Of a stretch of 64,000 nucleotides of DNA, positions 1 through 14,102 are shown in pieces (the first letter of the stretch is position 1; each line of letters opens with the position of its first letter). The position numbers and the translations under genes were made by a program. The notes below the pieces were generated by a model that was not told the DNA's origin, made no database searches, and saw only the letters and a program-made list of their open reading frames with translations. Source of the stretch: Eledone cirrhosa (taxonomy: Eukaryota); assembly GCA_964016885.1 (NCBI GenBank), contig OZ024750.1, forward strand, positions 26,970,001 through 27,034,000. Reading direction: 5' to 3'.

Positions 1-113
1 AAACACCTGATGATGTCACCAGGATCCTACGGAACTTGGTCATTGTAATGTGCATAGTGTTTATAATAAATATTTGAAGGAATCTTACCACTCCAGCCTC
101 CTGTCATTTTACT

Positions 114-154
<41 letters not shown>

Positions 155-173
155 TATATATACACATACATAC

Positions 174-236
<63 letters not shown>

Positions 237-503
237 TATTTATATGTATCTATACGTCGTCCATACACACACATAATACTTACACACACATCCACCATTC
301 ACCATTCACCACTTGCACATACACAGAGATACATCTCTAAGCAATATAAAGCCAGAATTGATTCCTCTATAAGATGAGAAAAAAAAAATGAAGCCAAGAA
401 GCGGAAAAGGCTTTGGCAGTGTCAGCGAAAGCTTATTGTTTACTCTGGTGGTTTGTCAGACATTTTGTTTTTTTTCTACTTTTCGTCATTTATTATGTTT
501 CAG

Positions 504-570
504 AGTTTAGCCTATCGTATGTCACGTCGAAATGGCACATGGCATTCAGCGATTGAATTTCAGACGGGGG
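504..570 (+). CDS. candidate host-gene exon (protein not recognised)
   Basis: Pyrimidine-rich acceptor ...ttatgtttcag| at 503 and donor GG|GTAAGA at 570/571. One frame is open (SLAYRMSRRNGTWHSAIEFQTG); another ends FSLSYVTSKWHMAFSD*. Unique sequence between simple repeats. Confidence 0.3.
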
Positions 571-720
571 GTAAGAAGTATTCCCCCTGGACCCAGGTGC
601 TGGTGTGTATAGTTATGTATGTCTTACTGATTTCTATGTGTTTTTATGTCCCAATCTCTTTCTGGTTTATTACTCGTTGTTAGTATTTCTAGTCATTCGC
701 TCCTATTTCTTTTGCTCTAC

Positions 721-723
<3 letters not shown>

Positions 724-818
<95 letters not shown>

Positions 819-1102
819 CTCTCTCTCTTTATCTTTCTTTCTCTATCTCTCTCACTTGCTCTTGCTCTCTCTTTCCCTCTCTCTCTCTTTATTTTTATTT
901 CTCTATCCCTCTTTCCCACTCTCACATTATTTCTTTCTCTCTTTGTCCCTCTCTTTCTTTCTCTCTTTCTCTCTACTCCTCTTTATTTATTTCTCTCTCT
1001 CTCTCTTTCTCTCTATCTCTCTTTCTTTCTTCCTTTCTCTCGCTCTCTCTTTCTCTTTTTCTTTCTCTTTCTTTCTCACTCTTTATCTTACCCCCCTCTC
1101 TC
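724..1102. repeat. (CT)n microsatellite decaying into a pyrimidine-rich tract
   Basis: Direct reading; it explains the SLSL ORFs. Confidence 0.95.
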
Positions 1103-1416
1103 TATATATATATGTATGTATGTATATACACAGACACATACATATATCACCATGCCAGTATGTTCATGTCTATATATAAATGTTGTTGATAGAAATGTAT
1201 ATGCGATTGTGTGTATATATGTATGTGTATATGTGTGCTTTGTTTGCATGACAATGTATTATACTTGAGTGCCTTAATTGAAGCATATGGATACATACAT
1301 ACGTACTCTTAATGCGATATGCATTCACAGATACACACATACACATACACACGCACGTATACATATGTATTTACGTGTATATACACACACATATATATAT
1401 ATTTATATGTATATAC

Positions 1417-1496
<80 letters not shown>

Positions 1497-1498
<2 letters not shown>

Positions 1499-1925
1499 AA
1501 TAGAATGAAACGAAATTTCATTTCTCACTCTTAGTACGGCACTTACATAAAAGTAAGTATGTATGTATGTATACGTACATACATATATGTATACAGACGT
1601 ACAGTAGTATGTATATATATACATACATGCACGCATATATATATATATATGCACGTATCGGTTTACCGAACATTTATTGTAATGCTCGGTTTGTTTGTTT
1701 GTAAACAAACAAACAGCCCGAATTACGCCGTACAGTGTTTAGGCAACCACGTCACCCATTTGTTTAACACTGACACAGGAACGATGTACTAGTTTCATGC
1801 TTATTAGCTATCGTCAGCATCGTATACCTTCCTACCAGATGGTTGAACGTCTGAAAGTATATACTTTCCTTATGCATATTAACGGCTGAGTAGCCTAATT
1901 TGCATATCGAGTGAGTTCAGTTACC
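1497..1925 (-). mobile_element. Penelope-like (pLTR-type) repeat; diverged copy on + at 27650-28330
   Basis: Reverse complement aligns with 27880-28325; abuts (TA)n; contains a hammerhead motif. Confidence 0.6.
1781..1823 (-). ncRNA. minimal type I hammerhead ribozyme
   Basis: Minus strand reads acgatg CUGACGA uagcuaauaagcau GAAAC UA GUA/catcgt. Stem I is a perfect 6 bp, the core is intact, and stem III is the palindrome ACUAGU. Confidence 0.75.
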
Positions 1926-2011
1926 TATGTAAAAGGTAAACAGAAATAACAACACAATCGGTACAATATATGGAAGGTATATATTAGGTTAACGCTTGAT
2001 ATAGCAGGAAG

Positions 2012-2055
2012 AGGGTCTTAACGTTTCGGACGCTAGTCCTTCATCAGCAGAAAGA
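2012..2055 (-). ncRNA. degenerate hammerhead-like motif of Penelope type
   Basis: CUGAUGA a ggac uagc gucc GAAACGUU; stem I pairs poorly. Confidence 0.35.
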
Positions 2056-2334
2056 ATGAGAAATAAAATAGAATAATGGGACGGGCGGGATGGAATTGAA
2101 CAAAATGTCTTTAGATAAAAATAATAGGTCCATTCATGTTGACATCTCTTGCAAGTGTTTGTGTGTGTATATATATATATATATATACACGTACATACAT
2201 ATATATGTGTGCGTGGATATGTATATGTGAGTATCATTCTCAAATACACAAATACACATATCCACGCACGCATATATATGTATGTACGTGTATATATGTA
2301 TATATTTTTATATATATATATATGTGTGTGTGTT

Positions 2335-2372
<38 letters not shown>

Positions 2373-2539
2373 AATCTAGAAGTAAAGGAGAGACAGATTA
2401 CACAATATGTAGAGCATGTATTCGGTCAAAGATGACAATCAACGCCGTTTCTATTCATTTTGTTGTTAAGTGAGGCGTTTCAGGCATAAAAAACTAAGTT
2501 AGGGAACCTTGTTAGGGAGTATAGGAATTTGAAACATCT

Positions 2540-3056
2540 TTCTCACTCCGCCTCTCTCTTACTCTCCTCTCTCTCTTCTTCCTCTCTCTCTCTCTTCTTC
2601 CTCCCTCTCTCTTCTTCCTCTCACATCCTCTTCTCTTCTCTTCTGTCTCTGTTGTCTCTCTCTTTCCCTCTCTCTCCTCTCTTTCCCCTCATTCCTCTTC
2701 CCCCTCCCATCTCCCCTCTCTTTCCTTTCTCCTCTCTTTCGTCCCTTCCTCTCTCTCTCCTTTCCTCTCTCTCACTCCCTCCCTTCCTCACTTCTCACTC
2801 CCACACCCTTCCCTCTGTCTCCCTCCCATCTCCTTTATCTCCCTCCCTCTCTCCTCTCTCCCATCCCTATCCTCTCTCACTCCCTCTCCTCTTTCTCCTC
2901 GTTTCACACGTCTCCTCTCCCACTGCCCTTCCCTCTCGTATCTCCCCCCTCTCCCATCTCCTTTCCCTCTCTTCCCCCACCCCTCTTAATATCACTCTAC
3001 CTCTCCTCTATCTTTCTCCATTTCCTCTTTTTTCCTCTCCCGCCTCTCTCTCTCTG
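2540..3056. repeat. ~500 bp polypyrimidine/polypurine low-complexity tract
   Basis: Almost entirely C/T on the + strand. Confidence 0.9.
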
Positions 3057-3152
3057 TATACATAAAAAAAACCCAGGAGCCGTACCATCATTAATATCAC
3101 CACCATCAATAACAACAATAATAAATACTAATATTAATAATACCAATACCAG

Positions 3153-3305
3153 CAGGGCGGTAGATCGGCAGTAATCGGTAGAGTTTATGCTTTTATGGCA
3201 TAGAGTTACGTCCCTTTACGATCTGAGTCCAAATCCGGCAAAGGTCAGTTTTGCCTTTCATCCTTACGGGGGTCGATAAAATAAAGTACCACCAGTAAAA
3301 CTGGT
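3153..3305 (+). mobile_element. tRNA-derived SINE (octopus-type, Nin/Deu-like core)
   Basis: A box-like ggcagtaatcggtag, B box-like gagtccaaatcc, core ttgcctttcatccttacgggggtcgataaaataaagtacc. Confidence 0.8.
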
Positions 3306-3780
3306 ATTACTACCACACCTATCTCCTATCCCTCCCACTTCTTCTTATTCTTCTTCTCCTCCCCCACCTCTTCTCCTTCTTCCTCTCGTTCTCCTTCTAC
3401 CCCCTCCCTATCACTTCAGTCTAAGCCAACAACTTAAACTGCTACCACCTCTGTTGGTGAACACTAACAGAGAACGAAAGAAAACTACGGACAAAAATAT
3501 AAACTTTCCTCTCTAAATATGTATGTTAAAACTAAAAATGTTGTTTCACCATTTTCTTATTATTCTTATTAATATGCAATTTAACTGCACTTTACACTTC
3601 CGTCGTTGAAAAAGCTTATAAAGCTGAAACCGGTACAATTAAAAGCGGAAATCCCTACTTTGGAAATTAATGTTTTGATGTTATCCTGCAAAAAAAAAAA
3701 CCCTCCAGCATTTTATACTGTGTTTTTTTTTCCTTTTTACTATTTATTTATATATATCAACACGTGTGTCACTTCTCTAC

Positions 3781-3926
<146 letters not shown>

Positions 3927-4101
3927 CACACACATTCAGACACACACAGAGTCAGTCTGCGATGGTGAGACTCGGGAGAGTACTAATCATGGAAGTACTC
4001 AATGCATGGGGAGATGCAGAATGGGGTATAGAGATAAGTAAAATTCCCACCGCGGCGCCAAGTGGTTTCGGCATTGGTTACAAACCTCCCCCTCTCTCTC
4101 T

Positions 4102-4184
<83 letters not shown>

Positions 4185-4984
4185 CATATATATACACACA
4201 CACACTAAATGCACACAAACACACATATATATAATATATAGATATATATCACCATAATATCAGATACAATATTAGATATATTAGAGGAGGCCATAAATTA
4301 TGACTCCACCCCCTCCTTCTCAACAACAACAAAAAAAGCCCACTACCGAAACTAAGTTTTATTGAAAATGATTCTACTTTCGTCATATATATACTCTCAT
4401 TAAATAGCTTGTATTACATTATGTTGTACTTGATTTACTTAAGGTTGAAGCTGTTTGTTTGCTGCTGTGTTGTGATATATCAAGTTAGTAGAATATTTAG
4501 AAAATGTTTACAGAATTAGTGGTGTAATATGAACGGCTCTATCATATTGCAGTTGATGGCGATATTTAAGAGAATTCATCTAAATACTTGGTGTTTATAC
4601 TATTGAGATATTTTAATTCTAAGTTTAAATATAGTTGAGATACAGTTTAACATGCCTCTGCTATGATTTCCTCTGTAATATCGCTAAGATGGCTGCCCGT
4701 TTGAGGAGGGACCTCAGTGAGGGGGAGTGGCTGATGCACAGTGGGTGGCTCTGGCTATTTTTCGCGGTAATGCTTTGCCATTTTGTCCGTCCGTAGTTTG
4801 CAACTGAGGCACCGCTCGGATTTGGGTTTGGTGTCTGTCCCTCCCTTTCACTCACCCTTTCTTTCTTTGCTTGATTCTATTTTCTTTTCTTTCGCTTTTT
4901 CTTTCTTCTTTCTTTTCTTTCTTTCTTTTCATTTCCCCTTTTCATACTTTTTCTGTTCCCTTTAATAGTCTGTTATGTTTCCGT

Positions 4985-5420
4985 ATAAACAACTTTGTCA
5001 AATAATTATTTGACAAATAAGCATGGTAAGCACGCTTTATGAAACTTGTGACTAGATTCCGGTTAGAAACAACTGTGTATTTGTCGCAGATGCAGCAGAA
5101 TACATCGGGCTTATTTTTGCAAGATCTTCTAGCCGAATCCATTTCATTCACACGCAAAAGAAAGATACCAGTTAATAAAAAAAAATGGCACATGTAAACT
5201 CTTCAGAATTTGTTTATTTAAAAAAAAAAAGAAAGAATTTTACAACATATAAATAGAAAATATACGTAGATGTAAACAAAAAACGTAAAAAAGATCGTAT
5301 GGCGATACTTCAAAAAGTTAGCCCGACTGAGCGAAATCAATGTGATTTTTGGATTCATCACATCAAAATTGTCCTAAACCAGCTAAAAAACCTTGGACAA
5401 TAAATTTGGGGTTGGCCAGA
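4985..5420 (-). mobile_element. Chapaev3-like (CMC) DNA transposon 5' fragment
   Basis: Encodes MDSARRSCKNKPDVFCCICDKYT...FIKRAYHAY, matching the CxNxPDxFCYICG...AYxAYF transposase N-terminus as I recall it for Chapaev3; a terminus-like sequence lies near 5420. Confidence 0.6.
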
Positions 5421-5809
5421 TTAATATACTGTACAAGCTATGAAAATAAATTATTCAGGGACTTTTGTTTTTTCTAATCCAAGAATATCTCGATATAATC
5501 CAAATCTTAACTACGTATCTTATCAAATCTAAAATATGCTTGAGTCAAATTATGTGAATATAGGGAAACTAAGTAAGTAATTAGATATGTTTATCATATT
5601 TAATCAGTGGAATAAATACGGGTTCTACAGGGATATACTATAAATGATAAGAATATCTCTGTCTACCTTAGCTAATTACTTGCAAGTTTGATAATATAGG
5701 GGGGTTAACGGGTTAAATTTTATAATTACACCCGTCTCGCGTTGGTGGTGAAATTTGTTTGATTTATAGGGACCCCAGTTATATTTAAAAAATGAGCCCC
5801 GATGTTTAA

Positions 5810-6150
5810 TGATTTTGGAGGTCATATTCGTTCAAATCACGCTCCAAAACAATAGAACATAAAGTTCACCTCCAAAACGAATAATTTCTTATGGGTTTGA
5901 AGGACATATTCGTTCAAAACACACTCTAGAACAATAAGAAAACAAAGTTCGCCTCGAAAACGAATAATTTCCGATAGGTTTAAATGCCAGATTTGTTCGA
6001 AAAACATAAAAAAGAACAAGAAAAACAAATTTTACCTCCAATGCGTGATGGGTGTAATTGTGAAGAAGAATCTTATGGTGTCACCCCAACCCCCAGTTAA
6101 CTAAAGAACGAATAATTTCCGACGGTTTGAAGGTCAAATTCATTCAAAAC
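5810..6150. repeat. degenerate tandem repeat, unit roughly 80 bp (aacgaataatttc...catattcgttcaaaac)
   Basis: The motif recurs at about 5820, 5875, 5958 and 6107. Confidence 0.5.
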
Positions 6151-6828
6151 ATCAAAGAAATCATAGACGAAGCATATTTTCATTTTCAAAGCGAGGCGGG
6201 TGTGTAATTGTAGAAGTATTACTGGCTAAAGGGGATACTAAACAAATTGGTATTGTTTAAGTAAGTGTAATTGGATTTCTAAGTAATAATCATCACATTG
6301 AAAGTACTTTAAATGTTTATGTAGACACATACATACACATATATGCATAGTTATAGAGTCGGTAGCGCCTTGATTATAGTAGAGAGTAGAGGAAATCTTG
6401 TAGAAAACATTTATAAACATTCATAGAGATTAACACCATTACCTAGATAGAAAAGAAATTAAGGGTAAGTAGAGGTAGTGACATGTGTTGAATCAAGGAG
6501 GTTGTAAAGGAAACAATTTGGCCGGCTGGACTAACAGCTTAATACAATATTCAATTACACTCAACAGCGACATCAAAGGATTAACTGTTAAATAAAGGTC
6601 ACAGCAAAGGCTTCTTTTAACATTGTTTGTCCCTTGTCTTGCAACTCCTTTCATTTAAACATCAAATCACCTGTACACTACCACCACCCCGACCTCCGCC
6701 GCCATCACCATCGTAACGACGACGACGACCACCACCACCACTACCACTCACAACTTTGAACATAGAAGCATTTACGTATAGAAATCTAAAGTACACGCAC
6801 ACACACAAACTCTCACTCACTCTCATAT

Positions 6829-6980
6829 ATACCGTATTTCCCGAAGACGCACCCTAATTTTGACAGCCAAAAATTTAAAGAAAAATAATAAACAACCTTC
6901 GGCCTCCGGGACGCATGGTAGATTTTTTGAGACTTATTTTAGGAAAAAAAGTGGCGTCTTCAATGCTGATAAATACCGTA
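6829..6980. mobile_element. Tc1/mariner-pogo-type MITE (TA-flanked, ccgtattt TIR); family copies at 14409-14580 and 50626-50796
   Basis: taccgtatttc...aaataccgta termini and an internal sequence shared by the three copies. Confidence 0.7.
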
Positions 6981-7321
6981 CCCCCCCCCCCCCACCCCGC
7001 ACACACAAATATATATTTATATATATATATATTTGTTATCTAACCTGATTGTATTTTCGGTGTTTTGGTTAATTATGTGGGTATGCCTCCTAGCCGCAGT
7101 TTTCAATTTGTCACACTATCTAACGTAGGTTAATTACTCTAAGGTGTAGCCTATCGATTCATCGATACATTCTTATTGAGTGCTTGGCGCAAACATACGG
7201 GTTAGGGGGCGAGGCCGTGGGGTTACTGAAAACAAAGTCTTAGAAGGTAATCGTGACACAAACAAGAAGAAAAGTGTCCTTTCGTCAGCTGTTTACTACG
7301 GATCTTGGATATTTCGGCGCT

Positions 7322-7351
<30 letters not shown>

Positions 7352-7352
<1 letters not shown>

Positions 7353-7492
7353 TAGGTTGTGGTAAAAAACCAGGTGGACCATAACTCACCAGAGTAGTCG
7401 ATACTTGGGGTAGTAGAGTGGGTAATATGAAAAGGTCCGAGCTAACTGTCTAAACGGCCGGAGCTCAGCCGTCGGGGTCCTGAATATTTTCA
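7352..7492 (-). mobile_element. (TA)n-embedded hairpin element, family H (diverged copy)
   Basis: gtggtaa..accaggtggaccataac..tacttggggtagtagagtgggtaat is shared with 62423-62614. Confidence 0.65.
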
Positions 7493-8003
7493 TATATATA
7501 TATATATATTGTTATACTTTGGGAGGGTCATGTTGCCAATAAGAAACACACGCACCAGTTGCTTTCACTTCAATTTAATTTAAAGTATAACAATATCGGT
7601 TTCAACACACGATTTCAGATAAAGAATCTTGCTAAACAAATTCAGAAACGAAATATATATATATATATATATATATATAACAACAACAGAAGGCCGGACT
7701 GGAAGTTATGCTTTTAAAATTTTAATTCCATGAAATCACTCTACATATTTCAATGGCCCAGCCCCATCACCCAATTATGATGTTAGACAGTACGATCTCA
7801 TCAGGTAACTTCGACAGAATTACATAACAGGGTAATGTTAAACCTAAACTTATTATGGAAGATAGGGAAACTGATAGGGACCGCCTGTAAAAAAACTGTT
7901 ACAAATATACATTTGAAAATATATTTGAAATGGGAGCAGAAATTAAGTCGCAGACACGGACTGTTAAGGAAAAGCAGAAAGAAAACTGATTACCATCCGG
8001 TAC

Positions 8004-8010
8004 CTACTAT

Positions 8011-8041
<31 letters not shown>

Positions 8042-8085
8042 TCTTCTTCTATCACCACCACCATAACTACTACTACTACTACTAG

Positions 8086-8128
<43 letters not shown>

Positions 8129-8208
8129 TCTTCTTCTATCACCACCACCATCACCACAACTACTACTACTACTACTACTACTTCTTCTTCTATCACCACC
8201 ACCACCAT

Positions 8209-8280
<72 letters not shown>

Positions 8281-8281
8281 A
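8004..8281. repeat. compound (CTA)n/(CTT)n/(CAC)n microsatellite
   Basis: Direct reading. Confidence 0.95.
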
Positions 8282-8554
8282 TCACTTGTCAAGTCAAAAG
8301 TGTATAATTAGATAGTGTGAATTAAGAGTAAAATCTCCTGGCATAATGTGGACAGTGAGTGTATTAATAAAAACACGGTTTTCATGTTTGTATCATGTTC
8401 AATGAGGCAAACCCCTCCATAATATCTAATTAGGTGTTTGCCAACAGAAGCCTCGACTTTCGGCCAATCACGCAACAACAAAAACATTTGATGGCGGCCA
8501 CCCAGGTAGAGCACACTTACACACTTATGTGGACCTAATTTTACACATGCATTT

Positions 8555-8607
<53 letters not shown>

Positions 8608-8612
8608 CGTGC

Positions 8613-8664
<52 letters not shown>

Positions 8665-8669
<5 letters not shown>

Positions 8670-8824
8670 AGAAAGTATGACCCCGACGACAGAGCTCAAG
8701 CCGTTTCGACGGCTTGAGCTCTGCCGTTGGGGTCATACTTTCTCCTATTACCCACACTACTACCCTAAGTATTGAGTACGCTGGTGCGTTATGGTCCATC
8801 TGGCTCCTTACCACAACTCCTTCG

Positions 8825-8827
<3 letters not shown>
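8665..8827 (+). mobile_element. (TA)n-embedded hairpin element, family H
   Basis: Palindrome taggagaaagtatgacccc...ggggtcatactttctccta followed by the family tail; (TA)n on both sides. Confidence 0.75.
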
Positions 8828-8894
<67 letters not shown>

Positions 8895-8924
8895 ATATAT
8901 ATATTTATATTTATATTTATAATG

Positions 8925-8974
<50 letters not shown>

Positions 8975-9212
8975 GTAGTGTTTTATTTCACATTGCTCCA
9001 GTTTACTCAGCTGTAGAAGTGAGTTACTACGTCACTGGTGCCAAGCTGTATCGGCCATTGCCTTTCCTTTGGACAACATCGGTGGCGTAGAGAGCGGAGA
9101 CTGTTGTGCATGGACCACTGCTGGTCTTCCCCAGACAGCCTTACCCAGCCTGTGCCTCGGAGGGGAACTTTCTAGGTGGTTATTTATGACCAAAGGGGGT
9201 CTTTACCATTTT
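8975..9212 (+). mobile_element. second SINE family (body fragment); related copies at 28525-28812 and 40490-40770
   Basis: Shared gtcactggtgccaagctgtatcggcc..ttccttggacaa; the 28525 copy has the B box-like gagttcgattcc. Confidence 0.6.
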
Positions 9213-9217
9213 TTTAT

Positions 9218-9249
<32 letters not shown>

Positions 9250-10233
9250 ACACCACACATACACACACCACACACACGCGCGCATAATATATATAATTGA
9301 ATTCGTAATTTTTCCATATTTTTTTTACAACAGAAAATACTCAAATAATAACTGGGCGTGTAAGCCCCTCGTATGAGAAAATGGGCATCAGAATTCGTGG
9401 GAATCGAACTCACACTTTTTATTCTCAAATTCCCCCCCACGTCTTCTAATCACGTGATGTTTACACACTAATATATGTATATAAGCTTATTTATATAAAC
9501 ACATATTTATATAAAGAATTCGAAGTTTGAAAGCCTCGTCAATGCGGATTGAACGGAAAATAATCAAGTCGTAAGAAACGAGGGATTTTGTTTACCTTAA
9601 TTTAATCGTATTTCCTGATATTTCGAGTTGAAAGCAAAATAATTCCAAACATATTTTATCCGAAATATATATTTCGTTTCAAGGCTGTACAACATATTAT
9701 TATGACATGTTTATATTTAAAAATAAGCGGAGTTTTCTCTATTTTAACTTTATCTTATCGTTCTAAATGCATAGAAGCAAGAGAAATATATTTGCCGTAA
9801 ATACTGACGACAAGGGTATACAACAATGTATATATATATATATATATATATATATTTCGTTTCTGAATTTGTTTAGCAAGATTCTTTATCTGAAATCGTG
9901 TGTTGAAACCGATATTGTTATACTTTGGGAGGGTCATGTTGCCAATAAGAAACACACGCACCAGTTGCTTTCACTTCAATTTATTATAATACATTTATAA
10001 TAAATTTATAAATTTATAAATTTCTGGTTGGTTGGTTGGTTCCACAACCAGATAGTTGTTTATATATAGTCATAGTTCTTTCGTCACACACTCTGTGACC
10101 TCTTCAGTGACTGGGGATTCCTTTCTTTGTTTCTGTGCCTCTCCTTTATTCTTTCAATGAACCAGTAGATTAGTAGATTAGTAGAACAACCGAATAATCA
10201 TTGCCAAAACCGACGAAGATCCCTTTATATTTA

Positions 10234-10743
10234 CGAGGGGACTTCAAAAAGTTCGTGGAAAAAGTACATAGCTAAAAGTCATACGCAGCGATGCACCTGT
10301 ACATTCTTGTACTAAGGAGTCATAACATGTTTTGACATGAACCCTCAAATGCATGTTGTAATGCGGCGCCGCCAGTCAGAACTCAGTATCCGTTCGAATA
10401 ACATGGTCTCCATCAAAACATCAAATTCATGGTAAAATAGGGTGGAAAAGCAGCCAAATCTTTAATACCGTGGAGCAAGTTTATGCGGACAATGCCCCCA
10501 AAGAAATGAACAACCTACAAATGGATAAGTGATTTTAAAAATGGAAGAGATGATGTTGAAGATGTAAAAAAAAGTTGCTTTGACATGGTTTAAATCGCAT
10601 GGCCCTCAATTTTACACAAATGAACTTAAAGGCTGGTAGAAGTGTATTGACTTAGATGGAGTATATGTTGAAAAATAAACATCATAACTTAAACCGTTTT
10701 TTTCCAACTGTACTTTTACCACGAACCTTTTGAAGCACCCCCA
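10234..10743 (+). mobile_element. internally deleted mariner element
   Basis: TA-flanked TIRs (cgaggggacttcaaaaagttcgtgg / ccacgaaccttttgaagcaccccc) and a broken transposase N-terminus NIKFMVK..EQVYADNAP..YKWIS..KNGRDDVED. Confidence 0.8.
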
Positions 10744-11131
10744 TACATATATATATAAATTTGTTAATAAATCAACACCACTGAGGCACCACCTCCGTCC
10801 AAGTCACTGATGTGTACAAATTGCATTAATTCATACCAAACTAAAATACTAATAACACCTAGGATCATATAACAGCAATAACAGCAACAACAATAGCAAC
10901 AACAGCAACAACAACAAATACAAATACATATACAAATATATTTTATAATTAATGTGCTAAGCTGTCCAACATTCAAGAAATGTATGTTGTGAATATCATA
11001 TACTATAGCGTTGAAAATGATATCAACAAGAAATGTGTTTTGAATTAATGAATTACGATGGTAGCGACCCCTAGCAATGATTTCTTGTCTTAAATAGCCA
11101 CAACTTACTTAACTGAGCTGACATTGACAAA

Positions 11132-11515
11132 CAATGATGGTAATAGTGATAACGATGGTGATGATGACGATGGTGATGATGGTGATGATGGTGATGATAA
11201 CGATGGTGGTGATGACGATGGTGATGATGGTGATGATGGTGATGATAACGATGGTGGTGATGACGATGGTGATGATGGTGGTGATGATAACGATGGTGGG
11301 GATGACGATGGTGGTGATGGTGATGATAACGATGGTGGTGATGACGATGGTGATGATGGTGGTGATGACGATGGTGGTGATGACGATGGTGATGGTGGTG
11401 GTGATGACGATGGTGGTGATGACGATGGTGATGGTGGTGATGACGATGGTGGTGATAACGATGGTGGTGGTGGTGGTGGTGGTGGTGGTGATGATGATGA
11501 TGGTGGTGGTGATGA
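11132..11515. repeat. (GAT/GGT/GAC)n compound trinucleotide repeat
   Basis: Direct reading; it explains the His-, Asp- and Met-rich ORFs. Confidence 0.95.
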
Positions 11516-11589
11516 ATATAATAACGTCGCCGATGATGACGACGCTGACGTTGGTCGACGACAACAACGACGGGGATGTTGATTATGAT

Positions 11590-11837
11590 AATTGTTTCTA
11601 CTTTAGGCACAAGGCCAGCAATTACCCAGTGCATTACTGGTACTTTATTTTATCGACCCCGTAAGGATGAAAAGCAAAGTCAACATCGGCGGGATTTGAA
11701 CTCAGATCGTAAAGGGACGTCCGACCCTCTACCGAGACGGCGATGATGATGATGATGACGACGACGACGACGATGACGATAATGATGACGCTGACAGTGA
11801 TGATGACGACGGCGTTGAAGATGATGACGATAATGAC

Positions 11838-11870
<33 letters not shown>

Positions 11871-13010
11871 AACGATGATGATGATGAGTATAACAAATGA
11901 TGCCGATGATGTTAAACAATTCCAAGGTTAAATATTCTATGGACATTTACACAACTTCCTCATTCTCTTTCCACAGACATTGACTAAGTGCCAACCAAAG
12001 TTGACACCAACGATATTTCAACCCACTGAGAGAGAAAACCAGATATTCTAATGTATCCTGTTTCAATATATGTTATACATGGGATAGTAATCTGGGATAT
12101 ATTAACCCCAACCCCGTTTTTTTTTTAGTTTAGACAGCAGGCATTCGGAAATAAAATAAATGTCCCTAAATAGTTTCTGATTTAGGTACAATACCAACAA
12201 TTTTGGTGGAGGCGAGGTCGATTAAATCGACCCCAGTGCATGACTGGTACTTTGTTTTATCGACCCCGTAAGGATGAAAGATAAAGCTAACATCGACGGG
12301 ATTTGAACTCAAACCGTAAAGGGCCGTAACTCTATGCTGCAAAGCATGGCGGCCGACTCTACCGATACTGCCAATCCATCGCCCTCAATAACAATAATAA
12401 TTTCTGATTTAGGCATAATACCAGCAATTTTAGTGGAGAGGAAGTCGATTACATCGACCCTAGTGCGTTACTGGTATTTAATTTTATCGATCTCGTAGGG
12501 ATGAAAGGCAAAGCTAACCTTGGCTGGATTTGAACTTAGAACGTAAAGGTATGTAACTCTATACCACAAAGCATGTTGCCAGACGCTCTACCGATACTGC
12601 CATGATTCTGTTATTAATCAAACGAAAACGGGGGAGGTTGATTGCCAGTATCGGTAAAGAATCGTACAACATGCTTTGTGGCATGAAGTTACGGTCCTTT
12701 ACGTCCTGAGCTCAAATCTCTCCGAGGATAGCCTTGTCTTTTATCCTTACGGGGTCGATAAAATAAAGTACCAGTAATGCACTAGGGTTCATTTAATCGA
12801 CTGACCTCTTCCCTTCAAAGTGTTAGCTTTGTGCCCAAATAAGGAACAAATATTAATCAAACGAAGTGGGGTATACTCATGGAATGGTTAGAATGTGGAG
12901 CAACATGATTTGCAGTATTTATTTCAGCTGTTTATGTTATTGTTATGAGTTCAAATCCAGCTGAAGTTAACTTTGCCTTTTTATTCTCCCAGGGTGAATA
13001 AAATACAAAC
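11590..13010. mobile_element. cluster of about six tRNA-SINE copies in both orientations (mirrored at 52660-53460)
   Basis: Repeated core ggtactttattttatcgaccccgtaaggatgaaag and its reverse complement. Confidence 0.85.
11977..12051 (+). CDS. candidate terminal coding exon
   Basis: Acceptor cttcctcattctctttccacag|. Phase 0 gives TLTKCQPKLTPTIFQPTERENQIF*; phase 1 after the 570 donor gives D-I-D-*. AATAAA lies at about 12150. Confidence 0.4.
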   Translation, partial: TLTKCQPKLTPTIFQPTERENQIF

Positions 13011-13623
13011 AATAAAGTTGATAAATAAAGTACAAATGAAACAATGAGGTCAATAAATATACTTGAATGTCCCCTACTTCAACCTTAGTGGTGAGCAAGA
13101 AAGTGTGAGCCAAAGAGAGTGGGTGAGAGTAAAAGAAGAGGAAGGAGAGAAGAGGGAAAAGAAGTAGGAAGAAACAAGAAAGAAAGAAAAAAAAGAAAGA
13201 TAAAAAGGGAAGAGAAGGGTGAAGGGGCAACGAATGTAGTTTTAGAAGGAAAACTTGTTTAACAATGAAAATTAAGTGTAAACCTTTCTACGCGTTACAA
13301 CTATTACTTAATGTCGATATTTTAATAGAAAATAAGCGATGCTATTCCCTTGGGAAAATTACAAATATCAGCAAGTAAACACCTTAAAGAAAATCCATTT
13401 TTATCATATCAGCAAACAATTGTTGTCTCTATTTCGAAAGTCCCACAAGTAAACGTTAAACAAGCTTTGTCTATTAACTTAACTGATTGTCTACTTCTGA
13501 GACGATCAAAGCAGATTAATTTTGTGGCTTTATAATTCTTGATTTTGTGGTTGTTTACTCTTTGGCATGAGTCATGTAACAGGTTCCTACACTACCCCCC
13601 CCCCCACACACACACACACTCAC

Positions 13624-13663
<40 letters not shown>

Positions 13664-13689
13664 TAAAACACATACATATAATATAGAAT

Positions 13690-14102
<413 letters not shown>

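Noticed and set aside
5-45. ctgatga tgt..ac ggaac ttg gtc at the window start
   Set aside because: The GAAA core is broken and stem I is cut off by the window edge; it cannot be supported.
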